31,459 nt of DNA, taken from the NCBI GenBank assembly GCA_020725385.1, contig DYFC01000063.1:1-31459 (forward strand), given 5' to 3'. The position numbers were made by a program, and so were the translations under genes. Positions 1 to 8,095 of the stretch are shown here, piece after piece. Position 1 is the stretch's first letter. Every line of letters begins with the position of its first letter. A model generated the notes under the pieces. That model ran no database searches. It was not told the DNA's origin and saw nothing but the letters and a program-made list of their open reading frames with translations. The stretch comes from Nitrospira japonica (GTDB lineage: Bacteria > Nitrospirota > Thermodesulfovibrionia > Thermodesulfovibrionales > SM23-35).

Positions 1-23
1 AAAAGAATACATAACTATTATGA

Positions 24-210
24 GAGAATCTTAAAAGAAAAATACAACAAGAGCCGATTGCAGAATCAATTGAAATCGACGGCGTAATCATTGATTATTC
101 TCCGGAAAAAAATTGTTGCCATCGAAATACTTGATGCTGGGAAAAAAACTGTACAAGATCCTTTAGACTTAATAAATTTTCTCATTGTTAAAGAAAAAGC
201 AGTAGCTTGA
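24..210 (+). pseudogene. DUF2283-like small protein remnant (frameshifted, N-terminus missing)
   Basis: Manual translation gives EPIAESIEIDGVIIDYSPEK from 51. A frame change in the A7 run at 106-112 then gives IVAIEILDAGKKTVQDPLDLINFLIVKEKAVA* (stop 208-210). The 'vIIDy...IVaIEIldA' pattern is typical of DUF2283. There is no start codon or YD..D..YI N-terminus after the in-frame stop at 21-23. Confidence 0.65.
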
Positions 211-225
211 AAGATTATTTGCTGT

Positions 226-456
226 TTGCGTAGACAAGAAAGTGGTATATCTACCTATTTAGATGTGATAAAATCTTTAGAGCTTGTTGATAATTTTGCA
301 AGGCAGATTTCTAATTATATGGATAGATTTCAAGTAAAGCTAGGACTTACAGGTGTTGCGCAAGTTTATGGTAGGTATGACTCACCTCCAAGAGAAAAAC
401 TCCGCTATGATCTTTTCTACACCAAGCATCAATCCTTTCTTTTAGATCGATTTTGA
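226..456 (+). CDS. hypothetical protein or gene fragment (76 aa)
   Basis: TTG-start ORF with no clear RBS and no recognised motif. It lies inside the decayed cassette cluster. Confidence 0.25.
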   Translation: MRRQESGISTYLDVIKSLELVDNFARQISNYMDRFQVKLGLTGVAQVYGRYDSPPREKLRYDLFYTKHQSFLLDRF

Positions 457-477
457 GTGTATTCTTTTCCAAACATT

Positions 478-531
478 GTAAACAAGTTGAACCAAGTAAA
501 CTGAGTAAAACAAGTAAACGATGTAAAATAC
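478..531 (+). repeat. 9-nt periodic tandem repeat (GTAAAC/ANNN, about 6 units)
   Basis: Units read gtaaacaa-gttgaaccaa-gtaaactga-gtaaaacaa-gtaaacgat-gtaaaatac. Bases 487-519 match 1649-1681 at 28/33. Confidence 0.8.
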
Positions 532-621
532 ATAAACTTATTTCCGACGTGTAAGGTTTTTATTTTTATGATAAAATTTGAGTATAAATACTAAGAACTA
601 ATAAATATATAAGGAGAAGAA

Positions 622-810
622 ATGATAACTCTTGAAAAGAATAAAATAATTAAGAGCTTGCAAGACCTTCCTGAAGAAACAACAATAGAAGATGCGATGG
701 AACGTTTATATCTTCTTACAAAGATTGAAAAAGGAATAAAACAGGCAGATGAAGGTAAGTGCATATCTCATGAAGATGCAAAAAAGAAAATGAAGAAATG
801 GCTAAAATAA
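622..810 (+). CDS. type II antitoxin (partner of RelE/ParE-family toxin)
   Basis: AAGGAG RBS. The 62-aa product has the 'LPE..TIEDAMERLYLL.KIEKG..Q.D.G..ISHEE/DAK' pattern typical of antitoxins upstream of RelE/ParE genes. It overlaps the toxin start by 13 nt. Confidence 0.8.
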   Translation: MITLEKNKIIKSLQDLPEETTIEDAMERLYLLTKIEKGIKQADEGKCISHEDAKKKMKKWLK

Positions 811-1110
811 AATGGACACCACAATCCCTTAAGGATATTGATACTATTGCAGACTTTATTTCCAAGGATTCCGTACATTATGCGCGCATGTTTATTGAAA
901 AAGTCTTTAATTCAGTTGAGAGGCTTGAATTGTTTCCTAAATCCTGGAAGGGTCGTACCCGAGATAAATCGTAAAGAAATAAGAGAAATCATATTGGGGA
1001 ATTATAGAATAATTTATAGAATCAAGAAAGATGTATTGGAAATACTAACGGTTTATCATTCAGCAAGATTATTAGAAAAAGAAGATATATCCAAAAAAAG
1101 ACTTTGCTAA
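798..1110 (+). pseudogene. RelE/ParE-family toxin, frameshifted
   Basis: ATG at 798 gives MAKIKWTPQSLKDIDTIADFISKDSVHYARMFIEKVFNSVERLELFPKS. One extra base at about 943-945 shifts the frame. The other frame continues GRVVPEINRKEIREIILGNYRIIYRIKKDVLEILTVYHSARLL, a classic RelE/ParE C-terminus. The 838..1110 track ORF has a spurious N-terminus. Confidence 0.88.
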
Positions 1111-1193
1111 ACAGATGATACCACATTAGGTTCGTTTTGAAATACTCTAAATAAAATATTACAAAAAAGAGAATGACCTAAGGGTCACAAAAA

Positions 1194-1376
1194 GTGGTTC
1201 ATTTGCCAGAGAACGTAAGACCGGGCGAAGACACTGATTTGTATGTGATTATTGAAGAAATCGAAGGAAAGGATTTATTAGATGAAAGCTTTGGCATATG
1301 GGTAGATGAACCTGATTATCTTGAAAAATTGAGAACAGAAAGCGAAATAAGGATAAAAAAGCTTGGAATCGTCTGA
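1194..1376 (+). CDS. putative antitoxin (VapB-like partner of PIN toxin), 5' end possibly degraded
   Basis: Small acidic ORF with a 'FGIW.D...Y...LR.E' C-terminus typical of PIN-toxin partners. It overlaps the PIN gene by 14 nt. An in-frame ATG at 1173 is followed by TAA at codon 3. Confidence 0.65.
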   Translation: MVHLPENVRPGEDTDLYVIIEEIEGKDLLDESFGIWVDEPDYLEKLRTESEIRIKKLGIV

Positions 1377-1569
1377 AACATTAATTATAGATTCTGATAT
1401 TCTTATAGATCATCTTAGAGGTTTTCGTGAGGCTAAAGTCTTTTTAAGCTTCTTTTATGAGAAGGAAATGAATGGATTACTTTCTGTTATAACGGTGATG
1501 GAATTGCTTTCGGGCAAAAGTACTTCTGATCTAGAAAAACGGAGAAAGATAGTAACTCTAAGACAATAA
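1363..1569 (+). pseudogene. vapC: VapC/PIN-domain toxin, C-terminally truncated
   Basis: IIDSDILIDHLRG...SVITVMELLSG covers the first two PIN acidic sites. It stops at 68 aa (PIN domains are about 130 aa). No continuation (D.lIAA, T.N..HF) was found in any downstream frame, which runs into repeats. Confidence 0.8.
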
Positions 1570-1604
1570 GAAACCAAACACTAAATCCTAAAAAATGCAG
1601 TTGC

Positions 1605-1840
1605 AGATGCAGAATCAAGTCCAGCATGACAATTTTAAGCATAATCTTTTGAACTAAGTAACCCGAGTAAACTAAGTAAACTTTTTTGGTTCTTCTCCAA
1701 TTTAGTTGTTTTAAAACTCTCTTTTGTCTCTCTTGCGAAAATCTTCTGTGTCCATTTCCTGCCCTTGTTTTCACGAGGGCAGGCTGAAATTGTCATCATA
1801 AACCATGCGCTGAACTTGTTTCAGGGCTTATTCAGAATCT
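1605..1840. repeat. composite REP/BIME-like repeat mosaic between convergent genes
   Basis: Inverted TGTCATGCTGAACTTGTTTCAG-like units at 1605-1635 (minus) and 1787-1840 (plus, nested). Also 9-mer repeats at 1651-1684, a 66-bp dispersed repeat at 1687-1752 and an 11-bp hairpin at 1758-1783 (cctgcccttgt-tttc-acgagggcagg). Confidence 0.7.
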
Positions 1841-3676
1841 CTAACTGCATTTTTCGGTCAAAAAGAACTTTTTGACTTCAGAAATGTCATTGCTTATTTT
1901 TAAATCAGGGAGTGATGAAAGAATGATTTTTCCATATGAACTTGTGAGGAGCCTTGAGTCAAGAATTGCTACTACTCCATAATCAGAAGAACTCCTGATA
2001 AGTCTCCCAACGCCCTGTCTAAGCATTAGAATTGCAGAAGGCAATGCAAGATCGCTGAACCATCTATCACCAAGCCTCCTGCATCGTTCATCATAGACAG
2101 GATCTCCGGGAGAACCAAAAGGCATTTTAACAATAATTACAAGGCTCAAATCCTCACCTTTAATATCAATCCCCTGCCAGAAAGTAGCTGTAGCAAGAAG
2201 CACTGAATTGGGAGTTTTCTTAAACCAGTCAATCAGATGGGATGGCGGCATTTTACCCTGAGATTTGAAAGGATAATCAATTGAAATATGTTCAGCAGCA
2301 TAATCAAGGTGTTTATAAGATGTAAAAAGAACAAGAGCTCTCCCTTTTGATGCTTTTAAGAGATTCTCTATAACTTTTAGGCTCTCTTTCATAAAAAAAT
2401 CATTGTTCTCTTTATCAGGAGGAGGCAATCTTTTGTCAATATAAAGCAAAGCCTGTTTACGGTAATTAAATGGCGAACCTATAATCATTTCTTTAAAATC
2501 TTTAATACCAAGCCTTTGCTTGAAAAAAGAGAATGAACTACCGGTTGCGAGTGTGGCAGATGTCATGACCAAGCTTTCGAATCCCTTCTCAAGAGTAAGA
2601 AAATGTTTGCTGGATTCAATGAGATTGCTTTTCAATTCTATTTTACCTTTGTTTCCTGTCACAAAATAAACTTTGTTTATGTCATTTTGTTCTATGAATT
2701 CATTAATAGTAACTTCAAGAGAAGTTATATATTTTTTTGTTGTCTGAATTTTATCCGATAATTCATCGTTAAGCTCTTCTTCATTATAGTTATTAAGCCT
2801 ATCGAGAATATTATTTAACGATAGAAGTGAATGGATATTAATCAATCCATCGATTATATCATCAGGTATTGGATAAAAAGCACGTGAAGGAATATCCTTG
2901 CGTTTGAAAAAAGAATCAACCGGTTCAAAAATATGATCTACAGATATTTTTAAACTTCGCAAACGGTAAAGCAACCAGGTTATGCGGGAATGATTCAAGC
3001 CACTTCCCATAACATGTGAAATAACATCCTCTATTTGATGCGCCTCATCTATAACAAGCTGTTCATGAAAGGGAAGCAGATTAAAATCTGACAACAAATC
3101 AAACACGAGCAAATGATGATTAATAACAAGAATGTCTTTTTTATAAAGACTTCTATAATGTTTGTAATAATAACAATCTTTATAATAAGGGCATTTTATA
3201 ACATTACAATCATCCGAGTCCCCGCAAACTTTAGACCAGAACTCGGGCACATAAGAGAGTTCATCTTTATCCCCTGTTTTTGTCTCAATTGTCCATTGCC
3301 TGAAATTCATGAAATCACTGCTTAATTCCGAGAATTCCCTTTCACGTTTAAGGCAAAGATAATTATTCTTTCCTTTAAGAATTGCGTATGAAAAATTCTG
3401 CGGCAATGCTTTTTGAAGAAAAGAAAGGTCTTTATTAACAAGCTGATCCTGAAGCGCAATAGAGGCAGTGGATACTATGGTTTTATTTTGCGTTAATATT
3501 GCGGGTATAAGATATGCGAATGATTTACCAACCCCTGTACCAGCTTCTACAATAAGTCTATCTTTGTTTAAAAATGTCCTGTAAACTTCACCTGCCATTT
3601 TTATTTGCTGTGGTCTTGCTTCATAGTCAGGCAAAGTTTTCTCAAGTAATTTAAAAACTGCTTTTATCTCTTTCAA
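1841..3676 (-). CDS. dinG: ATP-dependent Fe-S DNA helicase, DinG/YoaA family
   Basis: Q motif RPQQ, Walker A EAGTGVGKS, Fe-S cysteines (NYLC; C..C....C.....C), DEAH, TSATL, FWQGIDI and QGVGRLIRS. Confidence 0.93.
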   Translation of the reverse strand: MKEIKAVFKLLEKTLPDYEARPQQIKMAGEVYRTFLNKDRLIVEAGTGVGKSFAYLIPAILTQNKTIVSTASIALQDQLVNKDLSFLQKALPQNFSYAILKGKNNYLCLKREREFSELSSDFMNFRQWTIETKTGDKDELSYVPEFWSKVCGDSDDCNVIKCPYYKDCYYYKHYRSLYKKDILVINHHLLVFDLLSDFNLLPFHEQLVIDEAHQIEDVISHVMGSGLNHSRITWLLYRLRSLKISVDHIFEPVDSFFKRKDIPSRAFYPIPDDIIDGLINIHSLLSLNNILDRLNNYNEEELNDELSDKIQTTKKYITSLEVTINEFIEQNDINKVYFVTGNKGKIELKSNLIESSKHFLTLEKGFESLVMTSATLATGSSFSFFKQRLGIKDFKEMIIGSPFNYRKQALLYIDKRLPPPDKENNDFFMKESLKVIENLLKASKGRALVLFTSYKHLDYAAEHISIDYPFKSQGKMPPSHLIDWFKKTPNSVLLATATFWQGIDIKGEDLSLVIIVKMPFGSPGDPVYDERCRRLGDRWFSDLALPSAILMLRQGVGRLIRSSSDYGVVAILDSRLLTSSYGKIILSSLPDLKISNDISEVKKFFLTEKCS

Positions 3677-3805
3677 TTTTGCTCCAAAATGATTTTCGTC
3701 AGTATTATGGCAGTTTATTTTGTTTCAGAAATTGAGCTATAGTTGTATATATTTTTAATTTACGGTCACGGAAAACAGACACGATTAATTAATTTGGTAA
3801 GGGAA

Positions 3806-4174
3806 TTATACGTCTTCTATCTCAACTCTTACAAGCGCAAGAATCGAGGAATGAGGGACAATTAGATATTTTTTTCCTTCAAACTCGATCTCAACCGCAG
3901 AGTCTTTAAGAAAAATTGCATAATCTCCGGCATTCGCCTGAAGAGGCATGTATTTTACTTCTTTTTTTCTGTCTTTAGTCCATGGTTCATCAGACATATT
4001 CAGGTCATGAATTGCGTACCCGGGGCCTGTTTTTACAACATAACCTGAAATAACTTTTTCTTTCTCTTTCACAGTCTGGGGCAAATACAAACCAGAACTT
4101 GTTTTGTCAGCACCTTCTTCAGGCTCAATAAGAACCCTGTCCCCAACAATTATGAGATTTTTCTTTGCTTTCAT
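3806..4174 (-). CDS. groES: co-chaperonin GroES family protein (orphan, long form)
   Basis: GDRVLIEP, mobile loop KTSSGLYLP, G.VV..GPG, and GD...F......E.E.EGKKYLIV....ILA. No groEL is adjacent. Confidence 0.85.
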   Translation of the reverse strand: MKAKKNLIIVGDRVLIEPEEGADKTSSGLYLPQTVKEKEKVISGYVVKTGPGYAIHDLNMSDEPWTKDRKKEVKYMPLQANAGDYAIFLKDSAVEIEFEGKKYLIVPHSSILALVRVEIEDV

Positions 4175-4303
4175 AATTATTATTTTACACTATTATTCCG
4201 TATAATCCTAAAAAATGTATTTAGATTAATGCAGATATTTCGGGAAAATTTATTTTTTAAATACATAGTTGTATATAATTTTTGAGGTTAAGCTTGATCT
4301 AAT

Positions 4304-5686
4304 CTATAAAATATGTTCTTCATTTTTTACAGGAATATTAACCTTAAATCCAAACTTTTCTTTGACAATTTCTCCGAATGAAATCGCTGTTTCTTCCTCG
4401 CCGTGCACTATAAAAACTTCAGGTGAGTTTTTGAAACAGCCCAGCCATTGCAATAACTCAGTTTGATCAGCATGGGCAGAAAAACCATTTATTGTATAAA
4501 TTTTCGCATTAACTGCTATTTCCTCACCAAGAATATTCACCATTTTTAGACCATCAACAATTTTTCTTCCAAGAGTTCCTTTGCCCTGAAAACCTACAAA
4601 AATTATACTGCATTCACGCCTCCAGAGATTGTGTTTAAGGTGATGCCTGATTCTTCCGCCTTCGCACATTCCGCTTCCTGCAATTACAATAATACCGGAT
4701 TTAATTTTATTCAAAGCCATAGATTCCTGAACAGTCTGAACAAAATGAAGTTTTACCGAAGAATCAAGGTCATTGCTTTGAAAAAATTTTAAAGCTTCTT
4801 CATCGAAACATTCAGGATGCGCAAGATAAACTTTTGTTGCTTCTTCAGCCAGAGGGCTATCAAGATATACATTCATTCTGTAAAGCCTTTTCTCCTTAAC
4901 TAGATTGTTGAGAATATAAAGTATATCCTGTGTTCGTCCAACAGCAAAAGCAGGAATATAAACATTCCCTCCTTTTTTAAAAGTAATTTTTATAGCATTT
5001 ACAAGCTCATCTATGCTTTCGTTCATTGGCTTATGCTGGCGATTTCCATATGTAGATTCCATAACAATATAATCCGCTTCAATAGGCGCTGAAGGGTCAC
5101 GTATAATAGGATTGGCTTTTTTACCAATATCACCCGAAAATACAATTTTCTTTTCCTTTTCTTTATCCTGAAACCATATCTCAAGAGTGCCTGAACCGAG
5201 AATGTGTCCTGCATCAAGAAATTGATATTTAATCCCATGTCCGAGATGGAATATTTTTTCATATGGTACTACATCAATTAAAGGCATAACATTTTTTACG
5301 TCGTCTGAAGTATAAATTGGATAGACAGGCGGTTTTCCTGCTCTTTCAGCTTTCTTTGTCAACCATGAAGAATCATGTTCCTGCACCTGTGCTGAATCAA
5401 AAAGCATTATCTCAAGCAAATCTTTTGTCGCCGGAGTAGTAATAATTCTCCCGCTAAATCCTTCTTTTACAATTCTCGGCAACATGCCAGAATGGTCCAT
5501 ATGAGAGTGGGTAATAAATATATAATCAATTTTCTTTGGAGAAAATTCAAAAGCTGCCCTATTAATTTCATCTGAATCTTCTCCCTGATATAGCCCGCAA
5601 TCGACAAGCAGATTTAAATCATTACATTCAATGTAAAAACATGAACCTGTAACAGTTCTTGCACCACCAAGAAATTTTAACTTCAT
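4304..5686 (-). CDS. MBL-fold beta-CASP ribonuclease (YSH1/CPSF73-like)
   Basis: GGARTVTGS, DCG, THSHMDHSG (HxHxDH), AGHILGS, SGD, ESTYG, PAFAVGRTQ, SAHAD and VHGE. Confidence 0.93.
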   Translation of the reverse strand: MKLKFLGGARTVTGSCFYIECNDLNLLVDCGLYQGEDSDEINRAAFEFSPKKIDYIFITHSHMDHSGMLPRIVKEGFSGRIITTPATKDLLEIMLFDSAQVQEHDSSWLTKKAERAGKPPVYPIYTSDDVKNVMPLIDVVPYEKIFHLGHGIKYQFLDAGHILGSGTLEIWFQDKEKEKKIVFSGDIGKKANPIIRDPSAPIEADYIVMESTYGNRQHKPMNESIDELVNAIKITFKKGGNVYIPAFAVGRTQDILYILNNLVKEKRLYRMNVYLDSPLAEEATKVYLAHPECFDEEALKFFQSNDLDSSVKLHFVQTVQESMALNKIKSGIIVIAGSGMCEGGRIRHHLKHNLWRRECSIIFVGFQGKGTLGRKIVDGLKMVNILGEEIAVNAKIYTINGFSAHADQTELLQWLGCFKNSPEVFIVHGEEETAISFGEIVKEKFGFKVNIPVKNEEHIL

Positions 5687-5730
5687 CTAATTAATGACCT
5701 CCAATTTTTCCCGATCTTGTATCTTATTTT

Positions 5731-6231
5731 CTACAGACTATCACAGGCATTTATAATTCCAGTCTCCCCGACAACAATCTCCGGGGTCAACATCCATTGT
5801 ATAGACCAGTTTTTGTCCTCATCTCTTTTAAGACAGACCATTCCAGCCATCTTAAAAGAAACTATAACCTTGTTAATATTTCCGGTAAGTAAAAGTGAAG
5901 ATACTCTTGCTAAATGGGGCAGATGTCCTACGAGCATTATATTTTCATCCATTTCTTTAAGCCGGTTATCCCAGATTTCAGGAGCATCCATTGGAGATAG
6001 ACCTGTTGTTTCATTTAAGCCTTTGATTGGTTTCAGGTAATCAAATAATATTTGAGCTGTTTGTTTAGCTCTAAGCTTAGTGCTGTGGTGAATGCTGTCG
6101 AGTTTGATATTCAAATGGGATGCATAGTTAGCGATTTTTGTAATATCTTTTATCCCCTGCTCTGATAAAGGTCTCTCTTTATCTTCTTCCTCTCTTTTTG
6201 CTTCTGCATGCTGAACAAGATATAAAAACAT
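5731..6231 (-). CDS. sixA: phosphohistidine phosphatase SixA
   Basis: LYLVQHAEA, RPLS..G, S.KLRA.QTA and VGHLPHL, matching the histidine phosphatase fold. GAGGAGG RBS. Confidence 0.88.
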   Translation of the reverse strand: MFLYLVQHAEAKREEEDKERPLSEQGIKDITKIANYASHLNIKLDSIHHSTKLRAKQTAQILFDYLKPIKGLNETTGLSPMDAPEIWDNRLKEMDENIMLVGHLPHLARVSSLLLTGNINKVIVSFKMAGMVCLKRDEDKNWSIQWMLTPEIVVGETGIINACDSL

Positions 6232-6246
6232 CTTTACCTCCTCTCC

Positions 6247-7167
6247 TCAACCTTTAAGAATAATAATTTCTTTTTTATATCTTAAGTATTCTATCAAACC
6301 TATCAGTCCTGCAACTGCCATGCTCATAAACCATAAAAGTGACAAAGATGTTGCTGTTTCAGGCCTAACTCCAATCAGTCCAAAGAAAAGTACAAATGCA
6401 CCTTCTCTGACTCCCAGTCCTGATATAGAAACAGGAAGCATAGCAAAAAGAATTATTAATGGAACAAATATTAAAAATGAAAGAAATGGAATATTTTCTC
6501 CGAGTCCATAGGCAAGGACACTAACAGAAGTTATACCAAGAAACTGGATAATTAACGATAGAATCAAACCTTTTATTATTTTATTTCTCTGACTTCTATA
6601 CGTATGAAAATAATTGTAGAATTCTGCAAGGAACTTTATTTTTTGTCCGAGACGCAACCCGAATATTAAAAAGCTTGCCAAGAAAAAGGTAAAGATAGCA
6701 AGAGGCAATAACCATTCTGTTTTTGAACCGTGAAAATAATTGAGACCAAAAGGGAAAGCAAAGGAACATAAAATAAGTAAAGCAACGAATCCAAGATACC
6801 TGTCCATGAAAATAGACCCAAAACTTATATTTGCCATGTTTGTTTCTCTATAAAGATAATATACTTTTACAGCATCTCCTCCGATAACTCCGGGCATGAA
6901 AGTATTAAAGAAAGAACCTATCATATAAAGAGAGAAAAGCTTTTTTGTTTTGAATCCTTCAGGAAGAAAGAGTTTCCATCTAATTGTAGAAATAAGCTGG
7001 GTAAAGATATAAATACCAACAGAGGAAAAGAAAGCATAAATGTTTACACTCTTCAAAGTACTGACAACCTGCTTGATACCTGTCCTGTTAAAGACATAAT
7101 ATAGTAAAGCAGAGCTGACAGAAACTTTCAGCACAATTAAGATTGTTTTATTTAATTTCTGGGCCAA
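6247..7167 (-). CDS. UPF0104 / lysylphosphatidylglycerol-synthase TM-domain (flippase-like) membrane protein
   Basis: Multi-TM protein with RW, FFNTFMPG..GGDAVK, DR and LPVSISGLGVRE motifs. Confidence 0.85.
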   Translation of the reverse strand: MAQKLNKTILIVLKVSVSSALLYYVFNRTGIKQVVSTLKSVNIYAFFSSVGIYIFTQLISTIRWKLFLPEGFKTKKLFSLYMIGSFFNTFMPGVIGGDAVKVYYLYRETNMANISFGSIFMDRYLGFVALLILCSFAFPFGLNYFHGSKTEWLLPLAIFTFFLASFLIFGLRLGQKIKFLAEFYNYFHTYRSQRNKIIKGLILSLIIQFLGITSVSVLAYGLGENIPFLSFLIFVPLIILFAMLPVSISGLGVREGAFVLFFGLIGVRPETATSLSLLWFMSMAVAGLIGLIEYLRYKKEIIILKG

Positions 7168-8095
7168 GTATTTTCTTTATTACGTAAATGGGTTTTCTCT
7201 GACTTTCATGATAAACCCTTACGAGCATTTCACCTAAAAGACCCATCCCGATAAGCTGTATTCCGACAATCATTAATAAAGCTCCAAGAAGAAGCAGGGG
7301 TCTTCCTCCTATATCTTTTCCCCGCAGAATTTTTTCGAGGCTGAGATAAAATAAAATCAGAAAACCCAATATGTCGCACAAAACACCAATAGTCCCAAAA
7401 AATTGAATGGGTTTGGTAGAAAAGCTCTGTAAAAATTTGACTGTTATTAAATCAAGGACAACTTTTATCGTACGTGATATTCCATATTTTGATTTTCCAC
7501 GTAATCTCGGATGATGTACGGTTTCAACTTCTGCAACTCTCACGCCATACCAGCTTGCAACCGCAGGAATAAATCTGTGCATCTCGCCATATAATCTTAA
7601 ATTCTTTATAACATCCCTCCTGTATGCTTTTAAAGAACATCCATAATCATGTAATTTAACTCCGGTTACTTTACTGATTAACCAGTTAGCGATCATTGAA
7701 GGCAGCCTTCTTGAAAAGAAAGGATCCTTTCTTTTTTTCCTCCATCCGCTTACAAGGTCATTTTCCTTAATCAAATTTAAAAGTTTTGGAATGTCGGCAG
7801 GATCATTTTGAAGGTCTCCATCCATAGTTACAATGACCTCTCCACGCGCAAAATCAAAACCTGCTGCAAAAGCTGCTGTCTGGCCAAAATTACGGCGCAA
7901 GCTAAGTACAGTTATATGGTTATCTTTTGACTGCAATTCTTCGAGTATCTTAAGGGTGCCATCGGTACTCCCGTCATCAACAAAAAGGAGTTCATATTCT
8001 TCAACTACAGGATCAAGAGCTTCACGAAGCTTCTGATGGAGTAATCTTATATTTTCTTCTTCGTTATATAATGGAACAACAACAGATAGTGTCAT
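7148..8095 (-). CDS. GT2 polyprenyl-phosphate glycosyltransferase (ArnC/GtrB/DPM-like)
   Basis: VVVPLYNEE, VDDGSTD, RNFGQTAA, MDGDLQNDP, DYGC.LK and two C-terminal TM helices. Confidence 0.92.
   Translation of the reverse strand: MTLSVVVPLYNEEENIRLLHQKLREALDPVVEEYELLFVDDGSTDGTLKILEELQSKDNHITVLSLRRNFGQTAAFAAGFDFARGEVIVTMDGDLQNDPADIPKLLNLIKENDLVSGWRKKRKDPFFSRRLPSMIANWLISKVTGVKLHDYGCSLKAYRRDVIKNLRLYGEMHRFIPAVASWYGVRVAEVETVHHPRLRGKSKYGISRTIKVVLDLITVKFLQSFSTKPIQFFGTIGVLCDILGFLILFYLSLEKILRGKDIGGRPLLLLGALLMIVGIQLIGMGLLGEMLVRVYHESQRKPIYVIKKILGPEIK

Noticed and set aside
525-552. dif/pdif-like Xer site (aaaatacataa-acttat-ttccgacgtgt)
   Set aside because: One arm loosely resembles the XerD arm, but the XerC arm does not fit the 11-6-11 consensus and no partner site was found.
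838-945. N-terminus of the 90-aa track ORF
   Set aside because: Off-frame artefact. The real toxin starts at 798 and joins this frame only after the frameshift.
478-1684. CRISPR array or integron attC sites around the TA genes
   Set aside because: There are no identical repeats with unique 30-40 nt spacers, and no RYYYAAC...GTTRRRY paired boxes or attC-like hairpins.
1487-1774. 95-aa minus-strand ORF
   Set aside because: It runs through the repeat mosaic and antisense to vapC, with no protein motif.
1841-5686. DinG + MBL nuclease as a type IV CRISPR or anti-phage module
   Set aside because: No cas genes or array are present. Both look like ordinary housekeeping YoaA/DinG and beta-CASP families.
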